64,000 bases of DNA from an uncultured delta proteobacterium (GTDB taxonomy: Bacteria > Desulfobacterota > Binatia > UBA9968), in contig CAVXEP010000009.1 in NCBI GenBank assembly GCA_963760795.1, positions 32,001 to 96,000 on the forward strand. Direction: 5' to 3'. Below, one piece after another: positions 21,121 to 30,632 of this stretch. How positions within the stretch are numbered: the first letter of the stretch is position 1; every line of letters begins with the position of its first letter. The notes beneath the pieces were generated by a model. The model worked only from the letters and a program-made list of their open reading frames with translations. It ran no database searches and was not told the origin of the DNA. A program made the position numbers and the translations under genes.

Positions 21121-22359
21121 TTAATTGACCTTCTGCCGCACTCCCACCTCCGTATCCAAATGAATCGTTTCTTGCGCCCGTTGTTTCGCCAGCACACCCT
21201 TCGGCGTGCCACCCTTCATCGCCGTGGTAATCGCGTCCATCACAATCTTGCGAAACTTGATAACCCCACGGTCCGATCGGCCGAGCTGCTCCTGACGCTC
21301 TCCCAAGAGTCCCTGGGTTCCCTGGGTCATGATGTCTTCTTTGCGCACGTTGCCTTTGTACGGCATGTATTTGCGTTTGTCGTAGGGCTTTACTTCCTGG
21401 ATCGGCGTTTCCTTGGCGCGCATCTCCCGCAATTTGTCGAAGAAATTCTCCACCGGCCCGAGATAATTATCGGCGGTGAACAACATGAAGTGGTCATCGT
21501 CATTGGGCGTGACGAACATCCAGTGCTCGCAGCGCGAGCCTTGGTTAACCAAAGACGCCGCATCCATCTTGGCATGGACGAACTCGGTGTCGCCCACCTG
21601 CACGATACCCGGTAACGCCAAGCTCATCTCGTCGACGAATTCCGTCCCCGGCCGCGGCCCAGGCTTGGTCATCACCACTTTCATGCCGTAGTCCATCTCG
21701 ACGAATTCCACGTCCGGCATATCGGTGTAACTAAAAAAATGATCGCCCCAGGACTGCTGGCCGTAGCCGGCGTGGCGATGGAGCACGCAAACATGGGCCG
21801 GGTCGGCGGAGTTTTCGAAAAAATTGAACCAATTGTAATCGGCCTGGCGCACCGGTTCGACCTGGCGCTGGCCGCCGCGCTCGAGCAGCGGCGCATACTG
21901 CGGCAGCGGCGGTGGATTGGCTTGGTCCGGTCCCAGGTAGGCGAAGATCAGCCCGCCCAGCTCGCGCACCGGATAGGATAGCTGCTTGACCTTCTGGCAG
22001 AAGTTACTGTCCTTGGGCTCCGCCGGCATTTCCAAACAGTGGCCGTGAACGTCGAACAGCCAGCCATGATAAGGACAGCGCAGACCGCCATCTTCGATAT
22101 CGCCGTACTCAAGCGAGGTGCCGCGGTGCGGACAATGCTCGCCGAGCAGACCGAGTTGGCCATTGCTATCGCGAAACAACACCAACTCCTCGCCAAGAAC
22201 TTTCACGGCCTGGGGAATGTCGTGCAGTTCATGCACCGTGCCGACCACCAGCCAATAGCGGCGAAACCATTCGCCGGCCGGCGTCCCCGGACCGACGTGG
22301 GGAATGTCGGCAACGGTCAGTTTATTCTTTGTCGCTTTCTTAGATTTATTCACGGTCAT
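21121..22359 (-). CDS. Rieske non-heme iron oxygenase alpha subunit
   Basis: CPH..CPYHGW, ENSADPAHVCVLH, EDIMTQGTQG. Confidence 0.9.
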   Translation of the reverse strand: MTVNKSKKATKNKLTVADIPHVGPGTPAGEWFRRYWLVVGTVHELHDIPQAVKVLGEELVLFRDSNGQLGLLGEHCPHRGTSLEYGDIEDGGLRCPYHGWLFDVHGHCLEMPAEPKDSNFCQKVKQLSYPVRELGGLIFAYLGPDQANPPPLPQYAPLLERGGQRQVEPVRQADYNWFNFFENSADPAHVCVLHRHAGYGQQSWGDHFFSYTDMPDVEFVEMDYGMKVVMTKPGPRPGTEFVDEMSLALPGIVQVGDTEFVHAKMDAASLVNQGSRCEHWMFVTPNDDDHFMLFTADNYLGPVENFFDKLREMRAKETPIQEVKPYDKRKYMPYKGNVRKEDIMTQGTQGLLGERQEQLGRSDRGVIKFRKIVMDAITTAMKGGTPKGVLAKQRAQETIHLDTEVGVRQKVN

Positions 22360-22379
22360 AGTTCCAGGTTACCGGTACC

Positions 22380-22493
22380 GTTCAAGGTTCAACAGTTCAA
22401 AAGTTCAACGAGTTCGGAAAATACACTAGGTTCAGTCCAAGCGGCAAATTCCTGCTCCGAACCTTGAACCTTTGAACCCTTGAACTTTTGAAC
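22380..22493. repeat. GTTCAA / TTGAAC short-unit arrays in inverted arrangement
   Basis: gttcaaggttcaacagttcaaaagttcaac ... ccttgaacctttgaacccttgaacttttgaac. Confidence 0.6.
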
Positions 22494-22510
22494 AGGCGCG
22501 CTTCGCGCTC

Positions 22511-23887
22511 CTACTTAAATCCATACTCTTTCCACTTCTGCAAAACCATTTCGCGCATGCCCGCCGTCGGCTCAGCCACTTCGCCGCGAAAGTTCTCTTT
22601 GATGGTCAAATCGAGCATCAACTTCGACGTAAGGCCGTCCGCTTCCGCCGAGGGTTCGAGGGAACTCGTGATGCTCCGCGGAATTACGAACATATCCGTC
22701 GCCGGCTGGAATCGCGTCGTCAGCGCCCACAGCACCTGGTTGGGATCCTCCATATTGATATCTTCGTCGACGACGATCACATGCTTCCATTTGCCGCTGC
22801 GGGTGTAGAGCGATGACGCCAGGATATTGTTCGCGATCCCCCGGCGCATCAGACGTTTTTCCATTTGCAATATCAAAACGATCGACACGCCCCAGGGCGG
22901 CGCATAGGCTTTTTTTAACGCCGGATAGGCCGGCTTCAATTCCTGGTAAGCCGCCACGGCATAGGTTAGAGCGTCGACATACAGATGTTCATGCGGCGGC
23001 TTGCCGAGCCAGATGTTGTGATAGACGGGGTGGCGCCGATGGGTGATCGCCTTGATCGTCATGACTCTCTCGTTCGGCACTTGCGCCGTCGTGTAACCGC
23101 AAAACTCGCCAAACGGCCCTTCGTCGCCGGTTTTCGCCGGGATCGTCAGTTCCCCTTCGAGGATTATCTCCGCCAACGCCGGCACCTCCAGGTCGATGGT
23201 CCGGCATTTCACCACATCCACCGGTTCACCTGCCAGGCCGCCGGCGATTTCCAACTCAAAGACGCCGGCACGGGGTTCGAACTGTGAGGCAACGTAGACC
23301 GCCGGCGGCACACCGATGCATACGGCGACTTGGAATTTTTCTTGCCCGCGCTTCTCGGCGTTTTTGATGAAGTCATGGCCATCATGGCCGGGAGTAAAGC
23401 GGATCGTCACCTCGTTCTTCGACACCAACATCATGCGGTAAATCGCCAGATTATTGCCATACTCCGGATCGCGAATGATCACGTGGCCGGCGGTGATGTA
23501 CGGCCCGCCGTCGCGCGGATTGTTGGTGCAGAGCGGCAACTTGGTCACATCGACGTCTTTGCCCTCGTTCACAACTTCTTGGCACGGGCCGCTGGCAACC
23601 AACCGGGTCGGAATTGGCTGACTTGCCCGGCGCACGGTTTCGTCAAAGACGTTTGCTTGGGATAGTCCTAACGAGAGAGCGACACGTTTATCGCTGGCCA
23701 ACAGCTGGCCGACAACTGGCATGTTGTAGCCTTTGACGTTTTCAAAGAGCAGCGCCGGACTGTTGGGCCTTTCATTATGAATTTTGCAAATCGCGCCCAG
23801 TTCATGCTTGGGATCGACTTCGGCTTTGATCTTCTGCAGTTCATGCTCTTCTTCCAAGACTTTGAGAAATTCCCGTAGGTCCATCAT
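22511..23887 (-). CDS. UbiD-family (prenyl-FMN) decarboxylase
   Basis: MDLREFL, PALLFENVKGY, DGGPYIT, NLAIYR, EGPFGEFCGY, VIVVDEDI..VLWALTTR. Confidence 0.92.
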   Translation of the reverse strand: MMDLREFLKVLEEEHELQKIKAEVDPKHELGAICKIHNERPNSPALLFENVKGYNMPVVGQLLASDKRVALSLGLSQANVFDETVRRASQPIPTRLVASGPCQEVVNEGKDVDVTKLPLCTNNPRDGGPYITAGHVIIRDPEYGNNLAIYRMMLVSKNEVTIRFTPGHDGHDFIKNAEKRGQEKFQVAVCIGVPPAVYVASQFEPRAGVFELEIAGGLAGEPVDVVKCRTIDLEVPALAEIILEGELTIPAKTGDEGPFGEFCGYTTAQVPNERVMTIKAITHRRHPVYHNIWLGKPPHEHLYVDALTYAVAAYQELKPAYPALKKAYAPPWGVSIVLILQMEKRLMRRGIANNILASSLYTRSGKWKHVIVVDEDINMEDPNQVLWALTTRFQPATDMFVIPRSITSSLEPSAEADGLTSKLMLDLTIKENFRGEVAEPTAGMREMVLQKWKEYGFK

Positions 23888-23945
23888 GATGACTATTTCG
23901 CTCCCCTTGCACTTTCGGTCATGGCCGCGCACACCGGAATGACAG

Positions 23946-24830
23946 TCAATTCACCAAAGACAGTTTCGCTTCGAAGCCTAAAACATTTTTCGCTTTGCTT
24001 ACACTATACCCACTGCAAGCGCCGTCCAAGCCGGCGCGTAAATCGCTGACCTGCGGCAGGTACCGGCCAACCAGCTCACGGGTGGGAATATCCACGAGGC
24101 TATTCGGCGCGGCTATGTTGAAAATCTGATGGCCGGATAAATCAGCTTCCAGCGCCACCCGGCAGGCGCGCGCGGCATCGCGGGCATCGATGTAACTCCA
24201 CAACGCGCCGGTGCCGCGCGCCAGCGGATTCTTCTTGCGCTCAAGCAGCAATGGCCGGTGCGCTTCGGTATAGATCCCCGAAAAGCGCAGGCTGGTCACC
24301 GCGACACCGCTCCTTTGGCTCAACGCGTCGCAGAGTTTTTCACCTACTAGTTTAGTGAGCCCGTAAGGATCCTGCGGCCGCAGTGGATGGATTTCGTCAA
24401 CCGGCAAGTATTCTGGCAGGAGTTCCGTGGACGGATAGTAAAGTCCATAGACTGCCAGGCTCGAGCCGCAGATGACTTTCTTTATGCCAAGGATTTCAGC
24501 GGCCGCCAGAATATTATTCGTCATCGCCAGGTTTTGATTGAAGCGCTCGGCGTCACCAACAAGATCGCCAAACCGCCATTTCTGCGCCGCGTCATCGAAG
24601 CCGGTTTCCGTGTAGGGAAAACGAATTCGCGCCAGGTGAATCACCGCATCGGCATTTTTGAAATGGTCGAGCAACGAGTTGAACCTAGTTAGGTCAGCGA
24701 CGTAAGTCGGCGCCGGGCACTCCCTCGGCTTGACGCTGTCGAGGGACGACACTTGATGGGCGTGGGTAAACAACTCGCGAACGACATACTGCCCCAACCG
24801 CCCCGACCCGCCGGTGACGACTACGCGCAT
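23946..24830 (-). CDS. NAD-dependent epimerase/dehydratase (extended SDR)
   Basis: VVVTGGSGRLG, DAVIHLA, SSLAVYG, YGLTK. Confidence 0.88.
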   Translation of the reverse strand: MRVVVTGGSGRLGQYVVRELFTHAHQVSSLDSVKPRECPAPTYVADLTRFNSLLDHFKNADAVIHLARIRFPYTETGFDDAAQKWRFGDLVGDAERFNQNLAMTNNILAAAEILGIKKVICGSSLAVYGLYYPSTELLPEYLPVDEIHPLRPQDPYGLTKLVGEKLCDALSQRSGVAVTSLRFSGIYTEAHRPLLLERKKNPLARGTGALWSYIDARDAARACRVALEADLSGHQIFNIAAPNSLVDIPTRELVGRYLPQVSDLRAGLDGACSGYSVSKAKNVLGFEAKLSLVN

Positions 24831-24834
24831 TGAG

Positions 24835-25806
24835 TCACCGCCCCAACCCTTTGAACCAGCCGGACTTTTCCAACTCTTGCAGCAAGCTGTTATCGATGAA
24901 GTCCGCCGCTTTGGCTTCGCGCGCTTCCTTGCCCGGGGTGCGCCGGAGGATTTCGTCGATGCTTTCGGACCGCACATAGGGAATTCGGTCGCCGCTGTAG
25001 CGCACACCGAAAGTTTGATGCAGCTGGGCCAAGGTCTCGGTATCGGTCACCTTGGTGTACTTGGACAAGACTTTCATGCTGAACTCTTTGTCCGTGCGCA
25101 GCCGCTGCAATCCCTGGGCGAAGCCGCGCATGAAGCGCAGACTGGTGTCGCGGTTGGCGCGCATGTACGAGCGCGTCGTCGACAGCGGCGTGTTAGGGAA
25201 AACTATCTTCAATTGCCCGACATCTTCGAGCTCATGCATGCCGGCTTTGGCGGCGCGAAAATTACTCGGCGGCGACAATACCACAGCGTCGAGGGCCCCG
25301 GCGCTGAGCGCCGCCAAACCTTCCGGCATGCCGCCGGTTTGAATGACCGTGACCTGGCCGCGTTCAATACCCCAGTGTTTGAGCGCCGCATCCAACGCCC
25401 AGTCGGTCGAGCCGCCGAGGCGAGTCACGCCGATTTTCTTGCCGCGCAACTGCGCCGGCTGCTTGAACTCCGGCCGCGACATGATCGAAAACACCAAACT
25501 ATTGCCGGTGTTGCCGATCAGCACCAAGTCGGAACCGCGCAGCGTTGCGTTGATCACCGGCACCGACGGCCCATAGGCGAACGGCACATCGCCGCTCAGC
25601 ATGGACTGAATCAGCAGCGAACCGCCGCCGATGTAAAGTAGCTCCGTGTCCAATCCCTCGCGCTTAAAATACCCGCCTTCCTGCGCTACCCACAAGGTCG
25701 ACATGGCGCCGCTGATGGCGCTATAGGCGATGCGCAGCGGCGCGGCGGCCGACGAGTTCGCCGTGGCGATCAGCACGGCAAAAGCGCACAGAACAATCTG
25801 CAACAT
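24835..25806 (-). CDS. ABC transporter substrate-binding protein (NMT1/THI5-like)
   Basis: Signal peptide, LRIAYS, WVAQEGGYFKREGL, LRGKKIGVTRLG. Confidence 0.88.
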   Translation of the reverse strand: MLQIVLCAFAVLIATANSSAAAPLRIAYSAISGAMSTLWVAQEGGYFKREGLDTELLYIGGGSLLIQSMLSGDVPFAYGPSVPVINATLRGSDLVLIGNTGNSLVFSIMSRPEFKQPAQLRGKKIGVTRLGGSTDWALDAALKHWGIERGQVTVIQTGGMPEGLAALSAGALDAVVLSPPSNFRAAKAGMHELEDVGQLKIVFPNTPLSTTRSYMRANRDTSLRFMRGFAQGLQRLRTDKEFSMKVLSKYTKVTDTETLAQLHQTFGVRYSGDRIPYVRSESIDEILRRTPGKEAREAKAADFIDNSLLQELEKSGWFKGLGR

Positions 25807-25809
25807 GAT

Positions 25810-27030
25810 TTAGCTCATCCGTTTCCTGCGCAGGCCGGTGAAAGAATCTATCTTCACCGCTCCATCCTGCTCTTGAGCGTGCGCCAGGGCGCGCGGCGGT
25901 TTGCCACTGCGAACCGATTCAATATCGTTAAGAATTAACTTGCGCAACATAATCACGCCGCGATCCGACGCCGCCAATTGCTCGCGCCGCTCGCCCAAAA
26001 CCTTTTGTGACGCCTGACAGGCAATGTCTTCCGTGCGGACGCTGCCGCGGAACGGCGCGAACTTGCGCCGGTCGTAGACAGGTCGCTGCACCGCTTGAGC
26101 TTCAACTTTGCGACTGGGCGCCAGCTTGTCGAAAAACTCGCTATCAGGACCGGTGTAATGGTTCACCGTGTACAAGGTAAAGCTGCTGTCGTCGTTGGGC
26201 GTCACGAACATAAGGTGGGCATTGTGCGAACCGGCGGCGAGCGCTTCGCGAGATGCTTTGAAATGGGTGAACTCGGTGTCGCCGATCTGCAAGATCGCCG
26301 GCAGCGCGAAACTTTTCTCGTCGACATATTCACAATCAGGGGTCGGTCCGGGCTTGCGTGAGATCACTTTCATGCCGTAAGGCATCTCGACGGCGTCGAA
26401 CGGTGGAATGTCGCGAAAGTTGAAAAACCAACTGCGCCAGGTGCCGTCGTTGGGGTCGGCGCGGTGCAAGATGGAAAAATGCGCCGGGTCGGCGCCATTC
26501 TCGATGAAGTTGAACCAGTTATAGTTGTACAGACGCGTCGCTTCGAGGGAGCGCTGCCCCTCCTCGCTGACCAGCGGCAAGTAACGCGGCAATGGCGGCG
26601 CATCCGGCGCCGTTCCCATGAAAGCGAACAGCAAACCGCCCTGCTCCCGAACCGGATAGGACAAATGGCGCACCTTCTGGGTAAAGCCGCGTTCCACCGG
26701 CTCCGTCGGCATGGCCAAACAGCGGCCACCGACGTCGAACAGCCACCCATGGTAGGGACAGCGAATCCCGCCGTCTTCGATGTCGCCATATTCCAGGGAC
26801 GCACCGCGGTGCGGGCAATGTAAGCCGAGCAAACCGATGCGGCCAGTATCGTCGCGAAACAGCACCAGCTCTTCGCCGAGCACTTTGACCGCTTGGGGAA
26901 TATCGCGCAGCTCGCGATTCGTGCCCACGACCAGCCAATGGCGTCGAAACCACTCGCCGGCCGGCGTGCCGCCACCCACATACGGGAGATCAGCGAGCGC
27001 AAGCTTCTTCGGCCGTTTAATCACGGGCAT
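25810..27030 (-). CDS. Rieske non-heme iron oxygenase alpha subunit (close paralog of 21121..22359)
   Basis: CPH..CPYHGW, ENGADPAHFSILH, EDIACQ. Confidence 0.9.
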   Translation of the reverse strand: MPVIKRPKKLALADLPYVGGGTPAGEWFRRHWLVVGTNRELRDIPQAVKVLGEELVLFRDDTGRIGLLGLHCPHRGASLEYGDIEDGGIRCPYHGWLFDVGGRCLAMPTEPVERGFTQKVRHLSYPVREQGGLLFAFMGTAPDAPPLPRYLPLVSEEGQRSLEATRLYNYNWFNFIENGADPAHFSILHRADPNDGTWRSWFFNFRDIPPFDAVEMPYGMKVISRKPGPTPDCEYVDEKSFALPAILQIGDTEFTHFKASREALAAGSHNAHLMFVTPNDDSSFTLYTVNHYTGPDSEFFDKLAPSRKVEAQAVQRPVYDRRKFAPFRGSVRTEDIACQASQKVLGERREQLAASDRGVIMLRKLILNDIESVRSGKPPRALAHAQEQDGAVKIDSFTGLRRKRMS

Positions 27031-27101
27031 GATCTGAAAAATGACGGAATCCGCTCGACTCTAGGCGGACGGATTTGCGATCCGAGGGTGACAATTTGAA
27101 A

Positions 27102-27178
27102 TGGTGGTCGCAGTAGGACTTGAACCTACGACCTCGCGCATGTGAGGCGCGCGCTCTAACCAACTGAGCTATGCGACC
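27102..27178 (-). tRNA. tRNA-Val (anticodon CAC), encoded CCA end
   Basis: Minus strand GGTCGCA-TAGCTCAGTTGGTTAGAGC-G-CGCGC-CTCACAT-GCGCG-AGGTC-GTAGG-TTCAAGT-CCTAC-TGCGACC-ACCA folds as a cloverleaf. Confidence 0.96.
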
Positions 27179-27264
27179 ACTAGGAAATCTTATCTAACAC
27201 CTGGAACCCAAAGCTTCAACTGCGGCCGTCTTGTGACCAATAATATATTACTGGAGGACGAAAA

Positions 27265-27420
27265 ATGAAAAAGCAACGTGGCATGGGAACAGTCTATCAG
27301 CGGGGTCAATCCTGGGTGGTGGATTATTATATATGGGGCGAGTGCGCGGGACAGTTGAGGGTGCCGAGACCGAATCCTAGGCACGCCAGAAGCACCGGCT
27401 CACACCGGTTGGGATTATGA
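27265..27420 (+). pseudogene. N-terminal remnant of a tyrosine integrase
   Basis: RBS GGAGG then MKKQRGMGTVYQRGQSWVVDYY, the RGxGxxYxRG..W..YY arm-binding start typical of phage integrases; frame then degenerates; adjacent to a tRNA. Confidence 0.5.
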
Positions 27421-27470
27421 ACGTCATTAAAATAATTGCGATTAAGTTTTCAGGTAGTTCCTCTTGTTGC

Positions 27471-27674
27471 TCAATGGCCCGGCGGGTTCTTCGCGTTCTT
27501 CTTCAGCCAAGCTTCAACCAATTCTCGCTTAAATCGCCATTGGTTGCCGACTTTAAACGCTGGCAGACCCTTTTGAGACAGCAGCCGATAGACGGTGAAT
27601 TTGTTCACATTGAGGTATTCGGCAACTTGCTCAAGCGTAAGCAAGCTTTGCGAGGAGTGGCCAATTTTTTTCAT
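27471..27674 (-). CDS. Excisionase-like helix-turn-helix DNA-binding protein (HTH_17)
   Basis: LLTLEQVAEYLNVNKFTVYRL..LPAFKVGNQWRF..WL. Confidence 0.85.
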   Translation of the reverse strand: MKKIGHSSQSLLTLEQVAEYLNVNKFTVYRLLSQKGLPAFKVGNQWRFKRELVEAWLKKNAKNPPGH

Positions 27675-27692
27675 ACCTTGGCCAATGACAAG

Positions 27693-27707
27693 GCAAGGAG
27701 TGCGCCA
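27693..27707 (-). promoter_or_regulatory. Possible sigma54 promoter upstream of the HTH_17 gene
   Basis: Minus strand TGGCGCACTCCTTGC has exact -24/-12 spacing, but implies a very short leader. Confidence 0.35.
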
Positions 27708-27906
27708 TGGATGAAAGAGCCAGAAAAGGCTCAATAGTTGCATTGAATAACTAGAAAACGAATTCGACTGGCGAGAACTAACCTGATTTGCTTTAGCAGC
27801 TATGGAAAGCGGGCAATAAAGCCCTTTAGATTAGATACGTCGAATGAGAATAAATCTCGTTCCCGGTGTACACGGCAACGCGCTTCTCGACTCGTCAACA
27901 TGATGC

Positions 27907-28017
27907 GTGGCCAAGTCACTGCCGGACAAAATCAGCTTCATTGAACCGATGTACGCGCTCAGCGTCCGTAACCTGCCCGAAGGGCCGGACTGGCTTTACG
28001 GACCAGCACCGTACTGA
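27907..28017 (+). pseudogene. 5' fragment of an ATP-dependent DNA ligase (LigD/LigC-type)
   Basis: Hand translation VAKSLPDKISFIEPMYALSVRNLPEGPDWLY then GPAPY*; truncated just before the E-x-K-x-D-G motif. Confidence 0.5.
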
Positions 28018-28035
28018 ACATCCCGGACCGGGCCA

Positions 28036-28479
28036 TCACGGCAGCACCGCGATAGGCTGGACCTCGATAAAGCTAGTCGGCCGCGCCAAATGACTGACCT
28101 CGACGAATGTGATCGCCGGAAAACCTTTCTTGAAAATCTCCTTGGCCATCTTGCTGAACTGCGGCGTGTAACGCAGGTCGGTCAGAAACACGCCCATCGA
28201 GACAATATCGTCGAGGCTGCCGCCAGCCTTCGCTAGCGTGTTGCCGATCTTGTCGAACACGGCTTTGAACTGCGCTGCGAAGTCGCCCAAGTCGGCATCC
28301 GGCCGCGGCTGGCTCGCCGTATGGCCGGCAAGAAACACCATCGTCCCACCTTTGACTTTCACTGCCGTCGAACGCGAGTCCTGCGGCTGCGGCTCGATGA
28401 ACTCCTTCTTAAGCTCTTGGCATTCAACGGAAGCGAACGAGCCAAGTAAGACTAGCGCCAACGAAATTAGAGTTTTCAC
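28036..28479 (-). CDS. Rid (YjgF/YER057c/UK114) family protein with signal peptide
   Basis: MVFLAGH, QFKAVFDKI..LAKAGGSLDDIV..VFLTD, FIEVQPIAV; N-terminal MKTLISLALVLLGSFAS. Confidence 0.8.
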   Translation of the reverse strand: MKTLISLALVLLGSFASVECQELKKEFIEPQPQDSRSTAVKVKGGTMVFLAGHTASQPRPDADLGDFAAQFKAVFDKIGNTLAKAGGSLDDIVSMGVFLTDLRYTPQFSKMAKEIFKKGFPAITFVEVSHLARPTSFIEVQPIAVLP

Positions 28480-28505
28480 GATTCCTCCAAAAAGCAGCCG
28501 CTTCG

Positions 28506-28955
28506 TTATTCTTTCACCACCGCGATCGCCTGAATCTCGATCATCGCGCCGGGAGTCAACAACTTGCGCGCTTCCATGAACGCGCTCGACGGATAACCGG
28601 TCTTGAAGACTTCTTTGCGCATGTCGGTGAAGATTTCGCCCCAGCGCCGCTCGGTGGTGTAAACGGTCATGGTCACGATATCGTCCACCGATCCGCCCAC
28701 TTTAGCCATGATGCGCCGCATATGCTCCCAGGTCGCGTGCACCTGACCGCGGTAGTCGCCCGGCGCGTGTAGGACACCCTTCTCATCCGTCGGACCGACG
28801 CCGGAAAGAAACACCAATGCGCCGCCTTTGACCTTGACCGCCTGCGAGTAGGCCGATTGCGGCACCGGCAGAATCATCTCGCGCTCCTGGGCAAACGCGG
28901 GCCGATCGAAACTGAGAAAAAACCAACTTAGCAACAGAACTAATTTCATCATCAC
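28506..28955 (-). CDS. Rid family protein with signal peptide
   Basis: YSQAVKV..LVFLSG, GGSVDDIVTMTVY, MIEIQAIAV; signal ending AFA. Confidence 0.85.
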   Translation of the reverse strand: MMMKLVLLLSWFFLSFDRPAFAQEREMILPVPQSAYSQAVKVKGGALVFLSGVGPTDEKGVLHAPGDYRGQVHATWEHMRRIMAKVGGSVDDIVTMTVYTTERRWGEIFTDMRKEVFKTGYPSSAFMEARKLLTPGAMIEIQAIAVVKE

Positions 28956-28961
28956 ATCACC

Positions 28962-29657
28962 TCAGTAGCCGGACTCGCTCTTTGCCGCGCGAGCCGGTGT
29001 GCTTTGCGTCACATGACGATAAGCCGCCTCGATATTATTCGGGAATCGGTCGCGCCCCTCCCAACCTTCGGTTTCCGGCATGCGCAAATCTTTTTGAATT
29101 TCGTCCAGGGACTTTTCCGCTTTCACCATGGCGCCGACCCGTTCCACCAGCAGCGTGTAATAACGCTCCATATCGTCGAGAATCTTGACGGTGCCCGGCG
29201 CGCCATGCCCCGGCACGACGATCTCGGGGTTGAGCGCCTTCATCATCTTGATGCCATCCAAAGTATCGGCAATCTTTACAAACGGACGCAAGTTGCTGAA
29301 GCGCCGCACACCGACAGACGCCGCGGCGAAAACGATGCGCTCCTTGGGCAGCCAGACCGCCGAGTCGGCTTCGCTGTGTACACTTTTCAAAAATCGCAGT
29401 TCAAAGGTTCGTTCGCCTACTTCGAGTTTCATCCAGTCCCGGAACTCGATATGCGGCAAGACCGGGCGGAAGTTTTTGATTTCAGGCAGCTGCGCATTCT
29501 CTGCGATAATTTTTTTCACCCGTTCAGGATTGAGACCTTCGCGCATCGCCTCTCTGGCGCCGGCGTGGGCGACGATCAGCGCCGGCGGCGAAAACAGCCA
29601 GTGACCGGTGGTGTGATCGGTGTGCGGTTCGGTATTGATCAAATAGCGCACCGGCAA
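28962..29657 (-). CDS. MBL-fold hydrolase paralog lacking its N-terminal part (5'-truncated)
   Basis: NTEPHTDH, VHSEAD, VPGHG; aligns to 29706..30618 only from LPVRYLI onward, with just 48 nt upstream before the previous stop. Confidence 0.7.
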   Translation of the reverse strand: MPVRYLINTEPHTDHTTGHWLFSPPALIVAHAGAREAMREGLNPERVKKIIAENAQLPEIKNFRPVLPHIEFRDWMKLEVGERTFELRFLKSVHSEADSAVWLPKERIVFAAASVGVRRFSNLRPFVKIADTLDGIKMMKALNPEIVVPGHGAPGTVKILDDMERYYTLLVERVGAMVKAEKSLDEIQKDLRMPETEGWEGRDRFPNNIEAAYRHVTQSTPARAAKSESGY

Positions 29658-29705
29658 AGGGGGATACTCGGAACACGTTCGCCAGCCAATTTCCGGGGCA
29701 ATGCA

Positions 29706-30618
29706 TCATTTAGTCTGCAACGCTCTATACGCCGCCTCGACATTCGTTGGAAAGCGCTCCTTGCTCGCCCAGTGATCGTATTCCGGCATTTTTACTTCCT
29801 TCTGAATCTCGTCCAGCGACTTGCCGGCTTTCATCAGCTTGCCGACGCGCTCCAGCAAGAGCGCGTAATATTTCTCCGTGTCGTCGAATATCTTCACCGT
29901 GCCGGGGTTGCCGTGGCCGGGAATCACATGCTCGGGATTCAACGCTTTCATCATTTTGGCCGCCGCCAAGATGTCCGGAATCGTCACGAAAGGACGGAAA
30001 ATGTTGATCTGATCGACGACGATCCCCGAGGCCGAGAAAAGCACGCGTTCCTTCGGCAACCACACCGCCGTGTCCGCTTCGCTGTGGACATTTTTTTGGT
30101 AGAGCAGCTCTAAAGTCCGCTCGCCGACGTTGAGCGTCATCTTTTGCCGGTACTCGACATGAGGGACCACGAAACGAAACCCGTCGAAAGCCGCGCGCAT
30201 CTCCGGCGACTCGGCCATGAGCTTTTCATTTCGCTTCGGGTTGAACGCCGCCTTCATCGAATCCGTCGCGCCTTCATGCGCCACGATCAAGGCCGGCGGC
30301 GAGAAAACAAAGTGACCCGTTGTGTGATCGCCGTGGGGCTCGGTATCGATCAGATAGCGCACCGGGAGAGGCGTAAGCTTCTTCACGGCGGCGAGAATCG
30401 CCCGCGAATCCGTCGGGTTGTGGCCACTATCGATCAGCACCACGCCTTCCTGGGTAACGACGATGCCGCAATTGGAATTAAAATTGGTCCCGACGTAGAC
30501 GTAAATCCCGTCGGCAATCTTGCGAATGTTAGCGACCGAGATCCTGTGCCTGTGCCAGACTGGTTAATAGAAGCACAGCGAGCATCGTGAACAGCGACGC
30601 GAAGCGAACAGTCTTCAT
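29706..30618 (-). CDS. Exported MBL-fold hydrolase; frameshift near 30530
   Basis: Signal MKTVRFASLFTMLAVLLLTSLAQA, NSNCGIVVTQEGVVLIDSG, DTEPHGDH, VHSEAD, IPGHG. Confidence 0.82.
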
Positions 30619-30632
30619 GGCATCCTCCTTGG

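Noticed and set aside
22380-22493. GTTCAA arrays (and the 58-bp duplication at 44619) as CRISPR arrays
   Set aside because: No constant 23-47 bp repeats with unique spacers, and no cas genes.
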